Below are positions 38,718 through 51,974 of a stretch of DNA of 64,000 nt, piece after piece. Under the pieces are notes generated by a model. It was not told where the DNA came from. It saw only the letters and a program-made list of their open reading frames with translations, and searched no databases. A program made the position numbers and the translations under genes. The DNA is taken from positions 3,472,001-3,536,000 of the forward strand of contig NC_043025.1 of assembly GCF_006345805.1 (NCBI RefSeq), written 5' to 3'. The stretch is from Octopus sinensis. Its lineage: Eukaryota. Position 1 is the first letter of the stretch. Each line of letters starts with the position of its first letter.

Positions 38718-41700
38718 ATGGAATTTGATGAGAATATAAGTAAACTTTTGCTTAGTGACACTCAATATATTAAAGGATATATTGAACAAAATTCACATAA
38801 AGTAAGTTGTTCTGTTGATTACCTTCTCAAAGTTGATTGTCATTTTATACACACCTGTGTTCCTAACTAACCACATATATTTGTCCATGATATTTCATTC
38901 CTTCCTTCACCCCCACCTTCTAATTCTCATTATCATTAGAGTTTATGAAAATTCAACCCAATCATGAAGCATGTCAGAGTTGATGGAATGTAAGTGAGAG
39001 AGAAGCCTGTCATCACACACTGCAACGGAGTATTCTGGCAGGAAATATTCAGTTAAGAGAAGAGAGACAGATGAAGCCAGTAGATGGATGGTGACTTTGT
39101 CATGACGTTCTCTTGCCATACACAGTTGAAAGTTCTTTTGGACGTCAGGAGTTATACCAATTCTTTGTTCTGTCAAATGTATGAAAACATCAAATCTTTG
39201 ATGAATCTTAGATCAATCCCCACTACACACTCTCTTCACTTTCTTTCCATAATCTAGACACAATCCTTTGCTACAACACCGAGAGGAAGAGATTATAAAT
39301 ATATGAGTGTGTGTATTATCGACACACTCACATGTATATGTATCTATCTATACCTGTGAGTGTACCTGTCTATAAATACAATACAAATCTCACCCCTAGA
39401 AACGCATCATTCCTCCTGTGTATGAGTCGAATACTTTATCTTCTGTTTCTGAGAATTGTGTAAGGCTTCTACCTTTCCTCTCCTAGCCACAAATTTTAGA
39501 TTCTTTATTGTTATTTCTTTTCAGATAAATCAACAAAATAGAGATGGTGACACACTACTACATCTGGCCTGTGCTCTCGGACACACAGAAATTGCTGAAC
39601 ATCTGTTGCAGCAGTCTGGCATTGATGTAAATGCTCTGAATAAAGATCAGAACACACCACTGCACCGGGCCTGTGTCATGGGACACACGAAGACAGTTAA
39701 ACATCTACTGCAGCACTCTGATATTGATGTAAATGCTAAGGATAGCGATCAGTGCACACCCCTACAGTTGGCCTTGTCACGGGAGACACGGAGACAGTTA
39801 AACATCTATTGCAGCACTCTAATATTGATGTAAATGCTAAGGATAGAATTCAGGACACACCCCTACACCGGGCATGTGACAAGGGACACGCAGAGACAGT
39901 TAAACATCTACTGAAGCACTCTGCTATTGATGTAAATGCTAAGGATAGCGGTCAGTACACACCACTACACCGGGCCTGTGTCAAGGGACACACGGAGACA
40001 GTTAAGCATCTACTGAAGCACTCTGCTATTGATGTAAATGCTAAGGATAGCGATCAGTGCACACGACTACACCGCGCCTGTGTCAAAGGACACACGGAGA
40101 CAGTTAAGCATCTACTGAAGCACTCTGCTATTGATGTAAATGCTAAGGATAGCGATCAGTGCACACCACTACACCGGGCCTGTGTCAAAGGACACACGGA
40201 GACAGTTAAGTATCTACTGCTGCACTCTGCTATTGAAGTAAATGCGAAGGATAGAATTCAGGACACACCACTACACCGGGCCTGTGTCGAGGGACACACG
40301 GAAACAACTAAACATCTACTGCAGCACTCTGCTATTGATGTAAATGCTAAGGATAGCGGTCAGTACACACCACTACACCGGGCCTGTGTCAAGGGACACA
40401 CGGAGACAGTTAAGCATCTACTGAAGCACTCTGCTATTGATGTAAATGCTAAGGATAGCGATCAGTGCACACCACTACACCGGGCCTGTGTCAAGGGACA
40501 CACGGAGACAGTTAAACATCTACTGCAGCACTCTGATATTGATGTAAATGCTAAGGATAGAATTCAGGACACACCACTACACCGGGCCTGTGTCACAGGA
40601 GACACGGAGACAGTTAAGCATCTACTGCAGCACTCTGATATTAATGTAAATGCTAAGGATAGAATTCAGGACACACCACTACACCGGGCCTGTGTCACAG
40701 GAGACACGGAGACAGTTAAGCATCTACTGCAGCACTCTGATATTAATGTAAATGCTAAGGATAGAATTCAGGACACACCACTACACCGGGCCTGTGTCAC
40801 GGGACACACGGAGACAGTTAAGCATCTACTGCAGCACTCTGATATTAATGTAAATGCTAAGGATAGAATTCAGGACACACCACTACACCGAGCCTGTGTC
40901 ACAGGAGACACGGAGACAGTTAAGCATCTACTGCAGCACTCTGATATTAATGTAAATGCTAAGGATAGAATTCAGTGCACACCACTACACCGGGCCTGTG
41001 TCAAGGGACACACGGAGACAGTTAAGCATCTACTGCAGCACTCTGATATTGATGTAAATGCGAAGGATAGCAATCTGTACACACCACTGTACCGGGCCTG
41101 TGTCGCGGGAAACACGGAGACAATTAAACATCTACTGAAGCACTCTGATATTGATGTAAATGCTAAGGATAGCAATCTGTACACACCACTACACCGGGCC
41201 TGTGTCACGGGAGACACGGAGACAGTTAAACATCTACTGCAGCACTCTGCTATTGATGTAAATGCTAAGGATAGCAATCAGTACACACCACTACACCGGG
41301 CCTGTGTCACGGGAGACACGGAGACAATTAAACATCTACTGCAGCACTCTGCTATTGATGTAAATGCTAAGGATAGCAATCTGTACACACCGCTATACGT
41401 GGCCTGCGTCACGGGAGACATTGAGACAATTAAACATCTACTGCAGCACTCTGATATTGATGTAAATGCTAAGGCTAGCGATCTGTACACACCACTACAC
41501 TGGGCCTGTGTCACGGGAGACACGGAGACAATTAAACATCTACTGAAGCACTCTGATATTGATGTAAATGCTAAGGAAAGCAATCAGTGCACACCACTAC
41601 ACCGGTCCTGTGTCGAGGGACACACAGATACAGTTAAACATCTACTGCAGCACTCTGATACTGACGTAAATGCTAAGGATAGCAATCAGGACACACCACT

Positions 41701-44700
41701 ACACCGGGCCTGTGACAAGGGACACGCGGAGACAGTTAAATATCTACTGCAGCACTCTGATATTGATGTAAGTGCTAGGGAAAGCAATCAGTATACATCA
41801 CTACACTGGGCCTGTGTCATGGGACACACGGAGACAGTTAAGCATTTACTGCAGCACTCTGATATTGATGTAAATGCTAAGGATAGCAATCTGTACACAC
41901 CACTATACCGGGCCTGTGTCGAGGGACACACGGAGACAGTTAAACATCTACTGCAGCACTCTGATATTGATGTAAATGCTAAGGATAGCAATAGGTGCCC
42001 ACCACTACACCGGGCCTGTGTCGAGGGAGACACGGAGACAGTTAAGCATTTACTGCAGCACTCTGATATTGATGTAAATGCTAAGAATAGCGATCTGTAC
42101 ACACCACTACACCGGGCCTGTGTCGAGGGACACACGGAGACAGTTAAGCATCTACTGCAGCACTCTGATATTGATGTAAATGCTAAGAATAGCGATCTGT
42201 ACACACCACTACACCGGGCCTGTGTCGAGGGTTACACGGAGACAGTTAAACATCTACTGCAGCACTCTGATATTGATGTAAATGCTAAGAATAGCGATCT
42301 GTACACACCACCACACCGGGCCTGTGTCGAGGGACACACGGAGACAGTTAAGCATCTACTGCAGCACTCTGATATTGATGTAAATGCTAAGAATAGCGAT
42401 CTGTACACACCACTACACCGGGCCTGTGTCGAGGGACACACGGAGACAGTTAAACATCTACTGCAGCACTCTGATATTGATGTAAATGCTAAGAATAGCG
42501 ATCTGTACACACCACTACACCGGGCCTGTGTCGAGGGACACACGGAGACAGTTAAGCATTTACTGCAGCACTCTGATATTGATGTAAATGCTATGGATAG
42601 CGGTCAGTTCACACCACTACACCGGGCCTGTGTCAAGGGACACACAGATACAGTTAAGCATTTACTGAAGCACCCTGCTATTGATGTAAATACTGAGGCT
42701 ATCAATGGGTACACACCACTCCACCAGGCCTGGGACAAGGGACACACGGATACAGTTAATCTCTTACTGCAGCATCCGAGCATTGATTACTATAAAAGAG
42801 ATACATCTGGTCACACACTACTACATCAGGCAGTTCTAAGGTGAGTCAGCATCATGGGTCATCCTTCTTCTTTCTCTCTCTTACTGTAATGACACTACCT
42901 TCTACTTTATTCAGTAATCACCGCCATAATTATTGTTATTGTTGTTCTTGTTATTGTTTTTATTGTTGTTGTCCCTGACTAGATCTTTCACTTCATCTCA
43001 TTCTCTATTACCACAACATCACATGTTCAAATCCTCTCTCTTACTTTTACTCCACATAAAACACCATACTTCTCCCTCCCTCCCTCCCTCCCTCCCCTCT
43101 CTTTTTCTCTCTCTCTTCTCTCTCTCTCTCTTCTCTCTCTTCATCTCTTGTAATGTCCCTCTTTCCTCTGACCCAGGGTTACGACCCTTTGTATCCTGAG
43201 TTCAAATCCTGCTGAGGTCAACTTGTTCGTTGTACCATAGAAAACATTGTGGTGTTTATTAAGATGTATATATATATATATGATTAATCAAGTGGTTAGA
43301 GTGTATATATCGATTATATTTATGTGTGTCTATATAATTATTGATGTAAACAGGTTGTATGTAGCTCATTAAATCTGTTTTCATAAATTAAAGACCTAAT
43401 AATTATTAATTATCTCAACCTCTATGATTTTCGCATTTTTTAATAATTTTCTTTCTTTTTGTATAACTTTCAGACAAAGCTATGATGTGGTTGGCATTGA
43501 TGCTATCCCAGGTTAGTTAATATATACATATTATATATACTCTCTTGTATTTTAATGATTTGGTCAATATTAACATCATCAAAGTACCAGTGAAATACTG
43601 GGGTAGATTTAATCAGCTGTACCCCACTAACCTTTAAATGACAGGTCTTGGGTCTGTGGAGGAACATGATAATAATAGTAATGGTAATGGTGTGGAGACA
43701 GTTCAGCTGACCACCACCACAGACAATACCATTTTTAATGTCTAGATTATACGAAATGTGTACAAGATTATTATGAAATTAATCCAAATATATCACAAAA
43801 ATTATCTTTTTATATATATATATATATATATATATACCGGAGTAAACACATAAATGTGAAACAAGGTGGAAAAAAGAGTACTCAAATACCAGTGGTAGAG
43901 TAATATGCTTTATTTTAAGCAGCAGAAAATTCAACAAAATCTGTTACTCTGAGTTTCTCCTTGCCGTTCATCAGACAGTTTTTGCTAGAATGGAACCGAT
44001 ATATCAATTCAGTCTAGACTCTTACAAACGCTACACCTTTTTAAAAAAATAGACTTGTTTGATTGGCCCTTTAGAAAAAAACGGTCAATCTTCGAGCGAT
44101 AAACAAAAGGTCAAAAATATATGTATATATATATAAAAATTTATAAAAAATTATAAAATTCGAGGAAAAAACCTTACATTGAATAAAATACATATTGACG
44201 TTAATGAAGAAAGTATAATTAAAGCATAGCAATTAAACCTATTATAAATATTACACTGCAATACATATTTATATTAAAGTGTACATATATATATATCAAC
44301 ATACACAGAAGGAAGCGTGCAGACGCCATACATATACAAACGTATAAATATAAATCTAAATATACACATAAATGCATTCGTACATATATGCACGCAATCC
44401 ATCTCGCACGCAAGTTAAAATCATCTATGTAGTGATTCTCATATACTGTGTAAGGGGGGGGGAACGAAAGAAAGGAAGAGAGAGAAAAAGGAACGAAGAA
44501 GGGGGAAGGACAAAAGAAAAAGGAGGGGTGGGGAAAAAACGAAATAAGAAAAAATTATGTATACAAGCTGTGTAACGGCATTCTTGGAGACAACTATACA
44601 AATACACAAGTTCGAATGGATACATACACATACAGTCGTGTATATGTGTGCTTAAGCACAAACATACGCTCACTTACACATACACAGATACGCATGCTTA

Positions 44701-45442
44701 CAAATACATATCCATGGTTATACACATACTTATATCAAAATTCTAATTTTTGACAACATTGCTTTTTTTAATATATATATACGAAAGGTATATAAAATAT
44801 ATATACGAAAGACATATAAAATATAACACCCTATTTTGGATCATCTATAAATAATCAAGGTAATAAATAATCAAGGTAATCCTATACAATACAATAACAT
44901 GAAATAAATAAAGTCGAATGTTTTTCCTAATGTATATGTAGAAACATAAGACTTTGCTATACGGATTAAAATCTGCATAGCTTGCAACAAAATCCATCGT
45001 AGCGCTCACACACCAGTTCAAGAGTCAAAATCAAAATTTCAAAATCAAAAAACAAAATATATACTCTATCCATATGGTATATTTATATTCGACATTTTAA
45101 ATTTAGCCGCGTGCCTACATAAGTTCATTAGCTCACTTCTTTGATTCAAAGAATTATTGTCTTTGAATAAAATGTACATTTTTTCTAATAAGCAAAGCTG
45201 GCACTTAAAATTATTTTTGTATGCTCCATGTCTGTATGGTGCCGCCCTGTCCAGAATGCTCCATGTCACGTTGAAAGGTGGGGTTTCCTTTTCTTTTAGT
45301 TCCCAGACATATTTTGCTAGGCTGGTCCTCTTCCTATTCTCTGGGTATTTAAATAAATTTTTATGAGAATACAATCTTGTTTTAAATGAATTTTCTGAAG
45401 CCCCTGTGTATGTCTTGTATTCTGATGAGCCTTCTACATATA

Positions 45443-45497
<55 letters not shown>

Positions 45498-47434
45498 GCG
45501 TGTATGTATGTATGTATGTATGTTGTATGTATGTATGTATGTATATATCACACACACATACACATGAATATATTTCTCCTCAAATCCATAAAATACACCA
45601 ACATAGGTAAATATATTACAACTGTCAACCTGTATGTTAAAACCATCTCATTATAGCTGAGACGTAATGCCATAGGATACCAAATCTAGTTGAAGAACAT
45701 GAACCAATGTTACTATCATGACAGAGCTTTCTACTGACATATCCATGCATAGTCTTCTGCTCATACAGGCTCATCCTTTCATCTGATGATACGCTGTGGT
45801 AGAGTCGTCCAAATTCTTTGGGAATGTATTCTTGGTTATCAGATAAAGAGTGTTGCTCACGGAGCTGCCTTCCTGTCATGCTCGAACCTCCTGCCTGGTA
45901 CACAGCCACTTCCCTCAGTTTCATTTCTTCCTTCAGCTGAGAAGTCTTTGTCATGCATGTTATTTGGTCACCCTGCTGGTGTTGGTGCCACGTAAAAGCA
46001 CTCGTGCTGGGGCGCCCAGTCCACACTTTTCCTTTTGTAGTTTACTTTGTACCTTCTCACATTATTCTGGCCTTACAAAACAAATCTCTTTGAAGTTATA
46101 CCACAAATACAGACATACATATGATGTGAGTTGTCTCACTTGCCTATGACTTACTTTCATGTGTTTTTAACACCACCAGACACATTGAGAATATATTCTC
46201 TCACACCTAAAAATGCAGCCAGCGAAGAACGTAACGACACACACTCCATGTTTGTGCGTTCGATTTTGTTTTGACATAAATTTTATGAACCCCTTATTAA
46301 TTTAGTAACATCAAAATTATACGCAAGTCCTAAAGGTCTTCTTTATTAAACTTAACCTGCTAATCTTGTGTTCGGTCCATTTGAACTCCCCTAAATTTAC
46401 TTCAGTGAGGGATAAACGTAGATTAGACTGAACCAATCTGTTTATTACATCTTAATAGATGTATCATGTCTCTTAAACACACTCATAGCAAGTTATAGAG
46501 GGACATTATGCAAGGCTAACTTCACTGACAAACATGAAATGTACATGATCGATTTGATCAAGTACCCAGTAGACGGCATTAATGACACATTGATAGCCAC
46601 CCTGATTTTCATGTAAATTTTCATTCTCTCTTTTTACTTCGACAAAGGATTCAGTGAAATTGAACATAACAAACTGGGATGGTATAACACCATTTCTTCA
46701 AGCTGTCTCTAGCGGCAACTTCAGAATAATGCAGGAATTCATTTCTAAAGGAACAGAGGTAAATGTGATCGATAATATCGGAAACAATTGTCTTCACCTT
46801 GCGGTGAGGAAAGAGGGGTTCCATTCTGAGGGTGAATCCTTAACTGTCTTGGATAAGGTAAGTTTTAAAATTATTTGTAAATATATATACGTGTGGATTT
46901 ATTTATAAGAGATAGAAAGAGAAACAGAGAGACATGATGGCAACCTTTAGAATGCAAGTGCCATGATAAATACATCCATTCCATTCTATGAGGGATTCCG
47001 AAAAAACAGCCCCCTGTCTTACTTCTTGTACACAACATTTATCCTCTGGCTTCTTGTGGACATGTCATAACAATATTGAATGTTAGAACACTAGAGAATG
47101 GATACATATAATATATAGTACATATATACATACGTACATACATACATACATACATACATACGTACATACATACATACATACATACATACATACATACATA
47201 CATACATACATACATACATACATACGTACATATATATATATATACATAGTGGCTGTGTGGAAAGTAGCTTGCTAACCAACCACATGGTTCCGGGTCCAGT
47301 CCCACTGCCTGGCATCTTGGGCAAGTGTTTCTGCTATAGCCCAGGGCCGACCAATGCCTTGTGAGTGGATTTGGTAGACGGAAACTGAAAGAAGCCTGTC
47401 GTATATATGTATATATATATATATGTGTGTGTGT

Positions 47435-47467
<33 letters not shown>

Positions 47468-47728
47468 ATTTGTCTGTCGGTGTTTGTACCCCTAGCATTG
47501 CTTGACAACCGATGCTGGTATGATTACGTCCCCGTCACTTAGCGGTTCGGCAAAAGGGACCGATAGAATAAGTACTGGGCTTACAAAGAAAAAGTCCAGG
47601 TGTCGATTTGCTCGACTAAAGGTGGTGCTCCAACATGGCCGCAGTCAAATGACTGAAACAAGTAAAAGAGTAAAAAGAGTAAACGAGTAATAGAGTATAT
47701 AATATATATACATATATAAGTATATATG

Positions 47729-47793
<65 letters not shown>

Positions 47794-48103
47794 TTCATTT
47801 ATTTATATTTATTAATTAATAAATTTTAGGGTAGCAAAAAATTCTAGAAAAATTCTCCGCTACCAGCGGTCAAGTGAGTAAAGAAAATAGTCAATAGACT
47901 ATGTAATATACATTCAAATATATAAGGGATGGCCATAATAGGACATCCGACTCACTAGAAAGAGCAGTTAAACTCCAAACCACTAATAGTTGTAATTCTG
48001 AAATGGAAAGAGAAATAAAAACGTTTACCCGATATTAGTGGTTTGGAGTTTAACTGCTCTTTCTAGTGAGTCGGATGTCCTAATATGGCCATCCCTTATA
48101 TGT

Positions 48104-48185
<82 letters not shown>

Positions 48186-48298
48186 ATATGGATCAAAATA
48201 GTTTAATGATCCAAACTGTTTTGATCCATACATGTAACTTCCAATGAATTGTTTGAGTGCCCCTCTCTCATTTGTTCACTTACTTTCACTCACATACA

Positions 48299-48366
<68 letters not shown>

Positions 48367-50263
48367 AAAATACAAATACATCAACATTTAACCATCAGTA
48401 GATCTAACAGTATTTACTGTCAAATTTTGCGCACTTGAAGCAACTCACTGATTCCCACATGAGTAACGGTCTCTACAGATTTGTGACTGTATTTCAGACA
48501 TTTGATGGTCATCTTTGTGTTGTGGTAATGTCCACTTTGATTCGAAGAAGCTATTCTGGCAGTCAAATGCCCTTCTCCCTCCATTACTGGAATTGTCTGT
48601 CAGACTAACAGTTTCCATAGTTTATCAAATAGAATGTGTTGGTGTCTTTCCTCAACCGTGACACCAATTCTTACTTCTTTTACTTCACCTTCATCATCCA
48701 AAGATGTTTCTTTATTAATTATGGAAACATCGTTGAGATATTTGGATAGGTCTGTGTGTTCTCTGTTATTTTTAACATTCATAGTTTCCATTATCTTTCT
48801 TGTATTTGACTTGATGCTATGATTTTGTTTATATTTGTGTACTATTGTACTTGTCCTTTTTATATTTCACCATTTGCAGTACTACAAGAAGCTCCAGCTT
48901 AGCAAAGGAGGCAAGCTTTCAAGCCTAGCAGTGGCTTGTTATCTGGCCGACAATGGAAGCAATTTTTACCACAGAAACGAACAGAATGTGATGCCGCTGG
49001 ATTTTATCGAGGATACAAATTTAAAAGAAAAAATTAAAAGACTTTTCCCACCTCCGGTGAAAGTATTTACTGAAAATGTCACGATTGACCAGTGAGTTTT
49101 CCCTTCTGTACATAATCATGTTCATATATTTTGCTTGGTTTTAATTCTCCCAATACGTTATTCTGTGTTTTGACCAAAGACCACACAACAACTGTAAGAA
49201 GAACAAGAAATAGAAAATACAGTCGAAGAACTCTATTTTGATTACATTCACATGATTGGTTGTGTTGATTGTTATACCACACTCTGCAATTTCTCTTTAA
49301 GTGTTAAAACCCGAGTAAGATGTTTCTTAGCTTAGTAAATAAGCACTTCCCCCGTACAAATAGATTCAACAAAATATTCAATAGTCACACTCTGCCTCAT
49401 TAGAAGCTAGACAGTATGCACATGCCTCAGTAGAAGGTTAATCTAACTAATTTTGATTATGATTCAATCTAATGAAGCAGAGAACATGTTTTTGGAGGAA
49501 CACATTTGATGTGGACAAGTTGTAGAGAAAATGTTTGTAAATCAATGATTTCTTGAGATGCACCAAAAACATTATTACATCATGCATGGCAGATAACATG
49601 GCCTTCTCTATAAATCTGGATTCAGCTTTAACTAGGGGCGGGTTTGGATGCAGAGCATTTGTGCAATTCTGTAAGGTGTTTTTGCTTGTATATATGTTAC
49701 GTCAGATATCCGCAATTTCCCTGTGAATGGGTTGTTTTTGTCTGACAGCCATGGTTGGAAAAGACACACAGGTCAGGAACTGAAAGGACCAGTTTGGTAG
49801 TTGGGCTGTTTTCTATATTCCATCCATCATAGAACCATTTTTTACCTTTTTCTTAGACTGAGATCATCAAGAGATTAGTTGTGCATTGAAGGCAGATAGA
49901 AAGCTGACATTTATTGCATTCAACTCATCAGTTTTCAAAACTATCCTCAGGTTTGGTATGTGCATATCAGACATGCTGCTTGGGGCATTGTTTTATTATA
50001 GAACTGTGGCCTGGTTTGTAACACATTGTTCACAAATACAAGAAGCTAGGGCAATTGTATCCTATCTGTCCATCCATACAATTCAAAAGGAATTGTCTAC
50101 GTTTAGAAAACTTGTTAAACAGATTAGGTTTTGTTCAGAAGAAATTGTCCCTCTACAAGAATTGAAGTATGTTTCTGGAATATATGTAGTTCGTTGTGTG
50201 TAAAGCAATTTTTTGTGATGTACCAGAGTCAAGACACATATTTAACAATATGTATGTTAATGC

Positions 50264-50297
<34 letters not shown>

Positions 50298-51898
50298 TGT
50301 GAGCGTAGAGTTCATATACACAGATATTTGCATTTACGTAATTGTTTAACGAAGATATTTTTATGTACTTTTACTGTGTCTCATAATATTCTGTACTCTA
50401 AACATGTACTCAATGCAATATTTGTTATAAATGAATATTATCAGTGATATGCCTCTATGTTTTGCTCAACAGATGTCTGCTGTGTAAATCTAGTGAAGCT
50501 ACAGTGACGTTTCAACCATGTGAGCACACTGTTACATGCAAAGATTGCTGTTCAGAAAATGAGCCTAAAAACTGTCCCGAGTGTCAACAAGTAATAGTTG
50601 ACAAACGTGGATTCGGTAAGAATAATATTTGATGATCTGTCTGTTTGTCTCATTGACTTTATGCTGTTGAATAATATACTTCATGTTACTATGAAGAGTC
50701 ACACCTGTCATAAATGTAGCAGATTTATGATAAAAGTGTCTTTTCTTTGTGATACTTTATCAATCACCACATCCACCAAACTTCGTCTTCGTCCAAATAC
50801 AAGGCTTGCTGCACTTCAAGAGGATACTGTTTGCAAGATAAGACTAATGAGTTATACTGCAAGTTAAACGGCGACTAACAGAAATATCAATAAAGCTGCC
50901 AGTTTCCCTCAGTAAATATCATGTTTTTACAGTCAATTACGAGTGATTAGAGGTGATTAATGATTTATCAGTATTTATCAGTATCTGATAAAGACAGCGT
51001 GAACATCAGAATGATTTTTGTAAAATAGGAGATTCAATGAGAAAATCTCAACTGAGGGATTAAAGAACAACATTAGAGGCTTTGATTGCTTAATTAATTG
51101 TTTTGCTTAATTAATTGTTTTGTGCTGCTGTGAATGTTTATTTGGTGATAGCTTCAACATATTTTGCAAAATTATCCTCCAGGAATTCTTCATGATTTAT
51201 CATGTTATGAAAATGCTAAACAATAATATTAGTCCACTGTTTGATCTGAGATGTCATCTCTTGTTAGGGTACGTACCCGGAATGTCTCAGGTTAAGACAT
51301 ATATTGTTGTGATAACTAAAAAAAATTAAATATTGATCGTTAAATTAATTTTATTGAACTGTGAACATATGTTTACATATAAACAAAGTATTTATGTTCA
51401 CGTATAAAATATACAAAGAATAATAAAATAGGAATTCCTAATGTGATTCGAACACACAACTCCTTGTTTGTAACCATATATAATCAACATTTGCTACATG
51501 GTTTGAATAACATTTGCATTCCATATTTATGATCATTCTTATGTAAATTAATAATCTTAAAAATATTACTGAAATCTCATCACATATCTTCTGAGTTTGG
51601 TAATATGGAGAAATGAGTTTAGACAAAATAGAGTTAATATTGTCTTTTGGAATAGGGAAATAAAATATGTTGTTGTTTAAGGGTAAACGAACGAGTACTG
51701 ACAAGGCTTTTGTTTGTTTTAAATTTTCTAAGAGTTTATTTTTGATGATGTTCAGCAAGACGTCATATTCTCACAGACTTAAGATGAAAAGTGTTCCAAA
51801 AGCAATTTCCATGTCTTTCTTTCTTTGATACTAAATCTTTTAATACATCCATTGTCCTTATCCAAGTACAAGAGTTTGGTTTGCTACTGAGATAAGCA

Positions 51899-51974
<76 letters not shown>

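Noticed and set aside
40972-42543. Minus-strand ORFs (LSLAFTSISECCSRC...)
   Set aside because: Antisense shadows of the ankyrin repeat; no independent evidence.
39525-42840. Regular 102-bp array as a CRISPR-like or non-coding satellite
   Set aside because: It is a continuous ankyrin-coding frame with splice sites and has no repeat-spacer alternation.
45630-46130. 129-aa minus ORF in an intron
   Set aside because: KTMHGY motif and frameshifted context suggest a decayed LINE C-terminus rather than a gene; too weak to annotate.
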